A stretch of 64,000 nt of DNA from the NCBI RefSeq assembly GCF_009834535.1, contig NC_045707.1, forward strand, positions 55,988,001 to 56,052,000, read 5' to 3'. The notes beneath the pieces are model-generated. The model had not been told where the DNA came from. It searched no databases and saw only the letters and a program-made list of their open reading frames with translations. A program made the position numbers and the translations under genes. Shown here in pieces: positions 13,239 through 22,791 of this stretch. Positions within the stretch are counted from its first letter, which is position 1; each line of letters opens with the position of its first letter. The stretch is from Camelus ferus. Its lineage: Eukaryota.

Positions 13239-14009
13239 GGTTATGCTTCCCTGCAGAGCCAAAGCACAGCAGCGATTACTCGCCTACCAAGTTAAAAAAA
13301 AAAAAAAACTAAAACTAAATAATTTTTAGTTCTCAATTTTTTTTCTTTATTTCAATTTCTTCCCGACTTGGTTTTAAGTAAAGTTAAGAATTGAGAGGGG
13401 AAAATGTGGTCAAAAACCAAAAAACTTCACAGCTTTCTCAAGGGAAGTATCCAAAACTATTAGGTAGTTGGATAAGTGGGGGCACCGGGCAGACAGATGG
13501 AGGAGAGGGAGGATGGTCCAGAAGATGGCCTTGTGCCCACCTCCAGCAGGCACAGTAAAGGGACTTTTCTAAACAAGCGCCAGCAAGAAACCGGTTAGAA
13601 CCCGACAGCCATGACTGCATGGTAGCACAAAGGACTTAACCAGACATGACCCAATGTTCATTGTATTATAATTAACATTGTGGTTTAGCTCCCCCCACCA
13701 CGGGTTTTTCTGTGTACACCACGAGTAAGGACATGCGCGAAGGGGCCAAACATGACTAAGCATTCCGGGGACAAGAGCCGTCCATCGATCGAGACCATCT
13801 CTAAGGGAGGTTATAGAGAAAGGCCAGACAAAAACCACTGCTTTTTCCCCTTGGCTCAGCCCATCTCCCATTCTTGGAGGTGTACTTTTCTTTTCCTAAA
13901 TAAATCCTTTAAAATCTCTCATTACACAACGCACCATCTCCCGACTATAACCTTAACTTTTGGGTATGACAAGAATTGGGGTCTTTTTCTTTTTCCTTTT
14001 GAGATAACA
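13239..14009 (+). mobile_element. Probable lineage-specific ERV solo LTR
   Basis: Ends in ...gataaca. U5-like gtgtacttttc...aataaa polyA signal at about 13899. Retains CpGs. The 5' boundary is inferred from ggttat/ataaca terminal complementarity and aaaa/aaat flanks, so it is uncertain. Confidence 0.6.
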
Positions 14010-14930
14010 AAATCATAATCCCTTGCTTAAGAGTGTCCAAAAGGATGGAAGACAGGTTGAGGTTTGCAAACAATGACCAAGTTCAGTCCTTACACTTACA
14101 GTCAAAGCAAGGGTCAGTTTATTGTGAGGGAGGGAGGATGGGGCAATGAGAAGAGGTTTTTCAAGATGCTTTTGTCCACCCAATGCCTCCTCTTAATTCA
14201 CTAGCAGAAAACTACTCAGTTCTCTTTAAATATATGGAATCTGAATGTGCTTACGTGACCTTCAAACAACATTGCACTGGAAAGCACTAAGGGAATACAG
14301 ACGAACAAATATTAAGCCCAGAGGCAAAGGTCTTAATTGGCCTCAGGGCAGGACTTATAATAGCCATTTTCTGTTTTGACTCTTCTGTTCTTACACATGA
14401 CAACAATAAAGAAAAGGTGAATGTGATTCATTGTTCAAAAATGTGAGTTCCTAGTGCACTTCAGAGGGGGTTGTTTTCTAAAGTCAGCTCAGGAAAAGTA
14501 ATATGAACAAATGGCAGAGGACTTCCTCTTCATAGAGTCTAGCATCTAACTCTATTATCAGCTGTGTTATTTTTTCAAACACATATTACAGGCAATTTAT
14601 TGGATTACTGGGAATTGGGGCTGAAATAAAGAATGAATAAAAATAAATCAATGATAAAGAGGAATATTCTTTACAAGGCAGAATTGTCCTTGTACCCTGC
14701 TTGGCAATCATGAAAATAAGTTAAGAAACCCAAGAAATAAAATCGTCAGTGACTGAAACCCAGGTTAGTTGGGAAAGGTCAGAGAGGACACTTCCACCTA
14801 CTAGAGATCAAAAAGTAACTTATTTTAAATTCTCTTTGAAGAGGAACACATTTGCTTTTTAAAAGGTGCCAAGGGGCCAAGCAAGGGGATGATTTAGTAA
14901 TCCAATGCCCAAGCCCCGACAATCACTTAC

Positions 14931-15501
14931 TTTGTAAATGGTGGGTAGGATCTGGTTCATTTTCAGCCGGTGGAAGACAAAGACATCATAAACCGCTGAG
15001 ACGGCAAGGACAGTCACTCCCTGTTCCTTCCACAACATGCTGCATCCGGCGCACAGTCCTGTCCCCAGGAACCAGCCCCAGGTCCTGGCTGAGTAGCCTC
15101 TTGTTGAACAGTGTTTCACGTAGCAGAGCAAGGAGAGGAGGAAGAAGAGACTGGCCCCAACGTCAGCCCGTCCGACGATACCGGCCACGGCCTCCGTGTG
15201 AATGGGATGAGAGGCGAACATCACGCCAGCCAGGACAGTCCAGTATCCGTCCCCCAGGAGTATCTTGGAGAAGCTGGTGAAGAGACCAGTGACCGCCGCG
15301 TGCAGTAGGACGTTGACCAGATGGTAGCTCCAGGGATTCAGCCCTCCGATGGCATGGTTCAGGCGAAAAGAGAGAGTACAGAGGGGCCGGTAGGACTTGT
15401 GGCTGCCGCTGTGGGTTAGGAGAGTCCCCCAAAAATCATTGTAGAAAATGTGGGTCCATGGAGTTTCTGGGAGGAGGTCCTGATTAGTCTTGATAGCGCG
15501 G
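14931..15501 (-). CDS. TMTC2: TMTC2 internal coding exon (exon 2), encoding part of the N-terminal multi-pass membrane region of the O-mannosyltransferase
   Basis: Translation (S)RAIKTNQDLLPETPWTHIFYNDFWGTLLTHSGSHKSYRPL...WKEQGVTVLAVSAVYDVFVFHRLKMNQILPTIYK matches the TMTC2 N-terminus as I recall it. Minus-strand acceptor ...ttttgtcttttag|C CGC GCT at 15501; donor ATT TAC AAA|gtaagt at 14931/14930. Length 571 bp. The ORF-track ORF 14859..15512 is this exon plus intronic read-through at both ends. Confidence 0.96.
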
Positions 15502-15812
15502 CTAAAAGACAAAATGTTAAAAAAGAGATCAAATGTAAAATGCAGAAAGGAAAAAAATAAGGAGGAAAATACATCGCTAAAATAGACTGCTAAAATACTG
15601 CCTTCTTTTGTAGTGCTGTCGGCATATGGGTTTATGATGGGATTCTGGGCATATGTGATGAATGTTGGTGAGGCTCAGAGAAGGCATTACATAGACACTG
15701 AATTCAGCTCCTTAATGCTCACTAGCATCACAATTAAAGTTGTATTTCTTTTCCTCAAAAGCTTTCTTCTTTGAATGCAAATACCTCTGAAGAATAAATG
15801 CAAAGTTTCTAT

Positions 15813-16140
15813 CAGTGGTTAAAGCCTCATAAAGCAGTGGCCACACAACTGCCCTCATATAGCATGTTGGCTAAAAATGCAGATTTCAGGCCCCAGGTTG
15901 ACAGGAGGCCTGGGAATATGCATTTTTAAGAAGCAAAGTCCCAGGTGACACTGGTGCAGGTGACACATTTAGAGCAAGGACTAGCTCCCCTACTGGAAAT
16001 AAATTCTAGATAGAGTATCAGTGCCCAGAGCAATGCTTCCTATACATGCAAACCACCTGGGGATCTGGTTAACTAGCAGGTAGGTAAAGGTTCTAATTCA
16101 GCAGGCCTGGGGAGGAGCCCAAGATTCCATGTTTCTGACA
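15813..16140. mobile_element. Two MER5A-like hAT-Charlie fragments
   Basis: aaaatgcagattt...ggcctgggaatatgcatttttaa...cccaggtga and cacctggggatct...ttctaattcagcaggcctgggg...gcccaagattc. Confidence 0.65.
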
Positions 16141-16530
16141 CCTGGAATTGTTCATTTACCTTCTATGTAGAAAAGCAAAGAACATGGCTTTGCAGGTACA
16201 AGAGTGTTCTGATGACCTAGTGCAAAGGACATCTTGGCCCAGTTAGCTGTTGCTGTTATTAATCTACAAAGACTGAGGTGTAACCTACAAAAAGTCCCTT
16301 ATTAAATTCAGCTTGACCCACAATCTCTGAAATTAGATCCATCTGGGGACTGAAATTAACACAGATATCAACATGCATTAATAGTAGTAGATTGCCTACT
16401 CTGCGAAACACTATGCACTGTATGTCCTTTCACATATATTATCTACTTATGAGAAGTAGCTGATTTTTTTTTAAGATGCACAGTAAAAAGGCAGAGGTCT
16501 GTTAAAAGTCACATCTCACAAAATATTGAA

Positions 16531-17010
16531 TGTAACAGACAGTTCTCCAACGTCTATATTTTCCTTTCCCCATACACATAGATCTTCAGTTTTTAGCTGA
16601 GTACATGGTCACCTGGAAAACAATTTTCATTTCCTATCTATCCTTGTGCCAAATATATGGTCGTGCAACTAATATTTGGCCAGTGAAACATAAGCAGAGT
16701 GCTATGTACTACTTCTAAAATGTATTCTTAAAAAGAAAAATCTTAGCATTCTTCCTTCCTCCACCCTTATGCCTTGTCTTGCTGGAGCACAGATGTAATA
16801 GCTGGAGTCCAGGCAGCCACTTTGGCCCATAAAGTGTCCTTAGGAACAGCAGTCATGCCAGCAGAGCAACGAGACTGGAGGAAATTGAGTCCCTGTCACA
16901 GGAGACCATACCAGCCCTGGGCTAACTATGTAAGTATAAGAAATGAACTTGTTTAAGCTGCAGTATTTTTGGGTGTCAGCTAGTGGCAGCTGAACCTACT
17001 CATCAATGAA
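16531..17010 (+). mobile_element. MaLR LTR (MLT1J-like)
   Basis: tggccagtgaaacataagcag ... gctggagtccaggcagccac ... ccagccctgg ... ttgtttaagc ... gcagctgaacc. Confidence 0.75.
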
Positions 17011-18879
17011 ATCCTTTGTTAACAGAAGACCTACTATATCACAGTGCTTTGATTTTCCAGTTTGATTTTGATTTTTACAAGTCTCCGTGTATTGACTGTG
17101 TATTAAATGAATTTCCATATAAATTGGCTTTTAAAATATTAGAAACAGATGTTATTCTGGATCCATTAAATTAAAATACCCTGTTATGACATTCATCAAG
17201 AGTCTAACCCAGAAGTAATTGCTAAAGACTTGATGGGTTATAATTAAAATTTTAAAGAAATATGAAAAACTGCCAAACAGTGTTGTCAGAGAGAGCTGGT
17301 TTCAAGCCATTGAGAATGAAAAGCCAACTGGCCTCTACTAAGCACCAACCTAGATAGTGATGTGAATTTCTGTAATATCAATGCAGAAACACTCGTGCTA
17401 TCAGTCAGGGCAGCAGAAAGCTCAACAGCAAAGCATTGTGGGAGGCGGCTTTGCTAATTTCACAAGGAAAGCTGGGAAGCATGTTTTGTTTAGGACAGTA
17501 TTTCACCCTTTCAGTGGCAGATCCATTTGGAAGGAGAAGCATGTCCCTAAACCAAGTTTTCTACATGCTATTAGTTCAGCTCCATAACCAATTCTATAGA
17601 CTTTTTGAGGGAAAGGAAAAAAAAAAAAAAAACCATACACTCTTTTAAAAATCTGTTCAAAGCCGCCAGAGTTTCTTATATTCATAGTAATAAATCTAGT
17701 AATCTACAGCAGCCAACAAGACGTACTATAAGCCTAACTCTCACAAAACAAGGATTTCAACACAAAGAACAAAACTAACACATCTCATCGTTTCCCTGGG
17801 AGAAAAAACTTTGATGAGGCACAGCCCTAAATTTACACTGTAGAAGAAAAAAATTTCAAGGCAAACAGCATTAATAAAACAAAAGTAGAAAAGCAAAAGT
17901 AAACATCTCACCCGTGCTGAAAACATATTCCAGTAAGGGAGACTTTGGTCTGATAAAATGCTGTGACAGGTGTTATCTGATTAGGCAGGTTTTTGTGTAT
18001 CCCATGAACGTTACGGCAGAACATGAAATAAATCGTACTGGGCTTTAGTACGTAAGTCATGTCACACGTGCAAGTCCGTGAAAAGAGATGCACTATGTAT
18101 CCTTTACATATTAAAGATACGGATGCAAAGGGATTTAATGGAATCTTAATAATCTGAATAACCCAGCAAAAGAAGAAGTAAAGGTAGTCGTTCAACACTA
18201 AACATAACAGATTTTCATCCGTTTGCATTTCCTTACACAAATCCAAAATGGAAAGAGTGAACCCTCTTCAGCTATCTCTCAGCTAATGAAAACGCTCAAC
18301 TCAAAACAAAATTTCACGCTGACAGAATTTCTGAGGTAATTTCTGTGAAGACACTAAGGAGTTAGGAAACGTTCCACTCCAGGAAAGGCGAGCAAGTAAA
18401 TGCAGCAGACGCGAAAAAGAAACAATCAGAGGCAGAATTCTCCTGACAACACACGACCCACCAAGAGACTGTCTTTTGAAGCAAAAAGATCCAGTCTCTC
18501 AAGTCTTCAGGGAGGTCTTAACCTGTTTTCAGTTTCATTCATTTGTGGCTCTTTCTTTTCGCTGCCGTGTGATTTTTCCTTTAAAAAAACATTGACAAAG
18601 GCCAGCACTATTGTAAAACTGACGAATGATCTGACACTGCCCCCTCACCAGCCTTGTGCGTGTTCCTCTCACTGCAACTTCTTCTGCCCGTTGACCTTTT
18701 CAGTCACAGCACCCACATAAATGATGACCCTGAGTCCTTCAGGGCAGGAATGATGCTTCAATTCTCCAGACATCAAATGACACTCACTCCCCAAGGGCTT
18801 ACAATTGTTCTACTGAAGAGTGTCAGCCGAGGGGGGGCTGGAGAAGGATTCGAGAAGGTGAGCTGCCCAACTGGAAAAA

Positions 18880-19075
18880 TGCGCGAGGAGCCGAAGTGGA
18901 GCGAAACAGCACTTTATTCTAGTACAAGATGGCGCGCGCAGGCGGCGCTCAGGTGTACACACTTGTCCTTTTCTGCTAATGGCGCATGCGTAGTGTTCAT
19001 AATGCCGACTTACGCTGCTGGCGCATGAGTGGTGTTCATAATGGGGGACGCACTGCTGGCGCATGCGTACATTTA
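18880..19075. promoter_or_regulatory. CpG-rich module with a YY1/CTCF-like site and tandem NRF1-type GCGCATGCG motifs (candidate intronic promoter or enhancer)
   Basis: CAAGATGGCG at 18925-18934. TGGCGCATG(C/A)G starts at 18980, 19019 and 19057 in a 38-39-bp imperfect tandem repeat. CpG density is very high relative to the window. Confidence 0.55.
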
Positions 19076-19195
19076 CCCCTTACCAGGTGCAAGCTATTGT
19101 GAACTTTGGCCTGGGCCCCACAGCCTACTCATTTAAGGCTGCTGACAGTAAGTAAAAGCCAATGTTTATATTATAAAAAGCAACAAAATTCCTTC

Positions 19196-19294
19196 TTTTT
19201 TTTTTTAATACAGAGGTACTGGGAATTGAACCCAGGACCTTGTGCATACTAAGCAGACATTCTGCCATTGAGGTATGCCCTCCCCCAACCCCCC
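19196..19294 (-). mobile_element. tRNA-Ala-derived SINE (Vic-1-like)
   Basis: poly-T then gaggtactgggaattgaacccaggacct...; caaaatt occurs on both flanks. Confidence 0.88.
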
Positions 19295-19422
19295 AAAATT
19301 TTTTTTAAGTGATGGGTTGAAATTTGTTCTGTAGGAGAAAAAAGAGAGAATGGTCTTTGTTAACGTATCCTGTTTCAGTGCTACCCAAGCACGCCTACCT
19401 ATGCCGAGGAAGGGCAACGAAA

Positions 19423-19605
19423 TGCAGCGGTTGAGAAAACTGATTCTGGAACCAAATGGACCAGTCCAGTCTGAGACGGTGGACAGAGTGACTCCACCTC
19501 TCCATACCTCAGTTTTCTCATCTGCAAAATAAGGATGAGAACTGTGCTTGCTTTACAGGATCATTTTGAGGAGTAAATGGGTTAGTAAGCAAAAAGCACA
19601 TTGTT
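19423..19605 (+). mobile_element. MIR fragment
   Basis: cctcagttttctcatctgcaaaataaggat ... tttgaggagtaaatg core. Confidence 0.7.
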
Positions 19606-20289
19606 ATATATAATATGTGTATATGTTATATTTGTAACATGTTAGCTGCTATCATTGTTACTACCATCAACACCAAACACCCAGTGCTGGCCATCAATGC
19701 AAACACTGTGCTCTTTCATCACCTTCACAGCCTTCAAAGTCTAGGTATCGTGGTCATGAATATTCCACTTAAAATTCCTTTAAGCTTTATTGACACTCTC
19801 AGCACAAAGTAATACACATTTAGGAAAGTCTTACCTTTGTTCTTTAACACATTACTCTTTCCGTTCCCCTTCTATCTTTTTGACTACCTCTTCCCAACTC
19901 TCCTTGGCTGGCATCTCCTTCAGAGGTTTCTCCCAAATGTGGATGTTTCACTCCTGGGCCTGTCTCCTGACCTCTCTACACTTTCCAGCTCTGTGGTCAT
20001 CATCTCTGACACCTGCAACTCAAGAGCTGCTTTCTCCTTCACTGCCTCCAGCATGGGTGTTGCTCATAAGCCTACAGTTCTATTTCCCCAGGTGATATCC
20101 ATACCTGAATGATGAAATCCTGGCTCCACAACTAACAGCAGTGTATTACTTTTGGCCAGTTAGTCTCTCTAAAGCGCAGCTACCTACCTATGGTTAGTAG
20201 ACAGTAATAATGCTTCTCACAAGCTGTTGTGTTGAAGATCAAATGAGGAAATGTCAGCTTGAATGTTTGAAAATTACAGAGCCTGATGT

Positions 20290-20785
20290 CATAGACTTTT
20301 TTTCAGCCCTCTTCTTCTAGTTAACAGTGTCCTGTTTTTCCTTTTGAGAACAGGCCACATCCACCCTCAGTCCATGTGAAAAGAATGAGGCTATTGTCCT
20401 CGCCTCCTGATGAAAGGTCATCATATGATTTGGCCAATGAGGGTACTGTATCGCCCCATCCTCATTCCCGGCCACAACAACTGACTTACCAAGCCAGCTC
20501 AAAGTCAACACAGCTCCAATAATCTACTGGGAAAGGACATCTTCATTTGAGAATAAGATGAAATCCTAGAGCTGCTAAAGGATTCTCTGAAGACAGAGCC
20601 TAAGAATGCAGCCAACACACACACACACAAAATCCAGATCAAGGAGACAAAGAGGCAGCTCTGAGTGCAGCTGGATCCCATCACGCCTGAATCTATCACT
20701 GTTAAATAAGCCAATAAATGCCCTTTACTCATATTAGTTCGAACTGTTATTCTGACATCTGCAACCAAAAGTGCTCAATAAAATA
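20290..20785 (+). mobile_element. Old MaLR LTR (MLT1K-like)
   Basis: tggccaatga ... ggccaca ... gaatgcagccaacac ... ctggatcc ... agccaataaat ... tgcaaccaaaag end. Confidence 0.6.
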
Positions 20786-21880
20786 GCACTCTGTCATCAT
20801 CAAGTAAGACTGTTAGTTGTCCTTTCAGTATCCTCAGTTTAGTAAGAATGAATCCAAATAATTTTCCTCACAAACCATCTCCTTTTCATCCAAGCCCCTC
20901 ATTAAGTGCCATCGTTTTCCCACAACTGACATCCAGGTTGTACATGAGGGGTCCTCCTCTTTTTGCTCCTACATCTACTTTCAAGCTAGGTAAGGATACT
21001 TAAGTGCTGTTCAGGACCTCAGAGAAAAATCCAACTCACAAGTCTCCCTTGAATCTGCCTCTAACTTCTCTTTCCTCCTACCCTCATTCAGACTTCCATT
21101 ATTTCCTACCTCTACTGCTTAGTATGCTTCCTAAAAGTGCCTGTTTATTTTTCTCTTTCCTTCATTAGGCTCTAAGTCCCCTCTTGGAAGGAGTTTGTTT
21201 TCTCCTGGTGCCCCACACGTCTGAGGCACAATAAATATTTGTTAAACTGAACTACATGGTCCTCCCTGCTGGCTTTTATTCCTCCTTTGATCCATTACAC
21301 ATGCTGTGGATAGAGAAACTTCCTGAAATAGAACTCCTGAAATATACCTGTAGCACCATCACTCTGCGTCACACAAATCCTTCATCATGCCCTATGTCTT
21401 ACCATAATAAATGCCCTGCCCAGCCCGGCATTCACAACCATCTCTGCTATGATTTCTCGGCCAGTCTCCCATTATTTCTCCATTCGTATCTTCTTAACGT
21501 CAACCAAACTTCCCAGCTTCTCGGTCTTGGCTCAAATCATTTTTTCCCTTCCTCTGCCTGGATTGCTGTCCTTCAACCAGGTGCATCTATCCAAATATGC
21601 TCCAATCACCAATGCTTCTTTGTGATGCCAAAGTCTTCCCAAATGTCTTTCCTAGTTATTTTTGCAGACAGGCTGGATTTTGACAATGAGCACTGACACA
21701 TTGTAACACTGACTTCTTCTGACAATCATCACGGATCTTAAATGAGATGATACACGGAAGACATTTCAGGAGGATGAGGAAATGTTACGCATTGAAATGG
21801 GGGCACAAGTGATTCCTTTTCTAGCCCCTATTGAAAAATCACAGTCCAATAAAATGGACTGATTCTGCCTTAAGAAAATT

Positions 21881-22360
21881 ATTCACTCATTCATTCATTC
21901 AGTGATGGGCGAGACACTATAAAGAGCCCTGCAGATAGAATGGTGAGCAAAACAGATTCACTGACTTTGAGAAACAGCCTAGGACAGGAGGCAAAGATGT
22001 GTACGAGGCAATTTCACTGCAGGATGATAAATACTCTAACATGAAATTCTGATTGCTGTGGGCGAACAGGACAGACTTCCAACAGTCTTTGTGAGTCAAG
22101 AGCTTCTTGGAAGAAAGCACATCTCCATACATGCGAGTTAAACAAAGTAGTAAAGGAGTTAGGATGTTGCCAGACATGTTGCCAGTCAATTTTTTTCAAA
22201 GACCATGAGGCAGGAGAGAAGTGGTGAGCTTGGGATCCGAAAAAGTACAATAGGCTGGTTTGGCTGGAGTGAAGTTTGAGTGATGCAGTGGCAGGAATCA
22301 CTGGCATTACTCTGTCTTGTACCATGTCCTTCATGCGACAGAGGGAAATTTGAAGGGACA
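21881..22360 (-). mobile_element. L2 3' fragment
   Basis: Begins with the attcattcattc L2 tail in reverse, followed by the typical purine-rich L2 antisense sequence (ggtgagcaaaacag, ttcttggaagaa, tggctggagtg). Confidence 0.65.
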
Positions 22361-22510
22361 TTAATCTCCCCAACGGTGTTCAGGTCTGACTTGGCTACCA
22401 TCTTGTTACAATCTGCTTTATCTCCCCAGTGCACTGTTAACTTCTAAGAAATAGAAAAGCATCTCATTTATCTTTTGGATCCTTGCACATGTAGGCCTTC
22501 AAAATATATT

Positions 22511-22791
22511 ATTTTGGGTTTTTCTTCTTTTTTGTAGTTAATGTTTTTTTTTTTTTTCTGGGACTTTTTTTTATTGAAGTATGGTTGAAATAAAAGTATG
22601 ATGAAAGAGAAGTATGTTGAAAATAGATAAACAACAAGGTCCTATTGTATGGCAGAGGGAATGACGTTCAACACCTTGTAGTAGCTTATAATGAGAGAGA
22701 ATGTAAAAAAAATACATAAATATATATATATAAAACAATCACTATGCTGTACACCAGAAATTAACACAACATTGTAAACTGACTATACTTC
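22511..22791. mobile_element. L1 3' end with an internal inversion
   Basis: Poly-T plus attgaagtatggttga (minus-strand 3' end) is joined to a plus-strand aaatagataaacaacaagg...gactatacttc segment. Confidence 0.75.

Larger units (their letters stand above)
1..14930 (-). other. TMTC2: TMTC2 intron 2 (partial; exon 3 lies beyond the window)
   Basis: Starts with GTAAGT after the exon. No ORF in 1-14930 resembles the next TMTC2 segment (RKNLSLF...). Confidence 0.8.

Noticed and set aside
14852..15432. Overlapping ORFs 14852..15280 (+), 15111..15308 (+) and 15163..15432 (-)
   Set aside because: Shadow ORFs of the GC-rich TMTC2 exon, with no recognisable protein features or independent signals.
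14859..15512. A single-exon 217-aa gene or processed pseudogene
   Set aside because: TMTC2 similarity begins and ends exactly at canonical splice sites; the extra MSF and VSDCRG... residues are intronic.
18654..19064. ORFs of 124 aa (+) and 84 aa (-) across the CpG module
   Set aside because: Explained by local GC richness and the tandem repeat (repeated HYEH); no recognisable domain.
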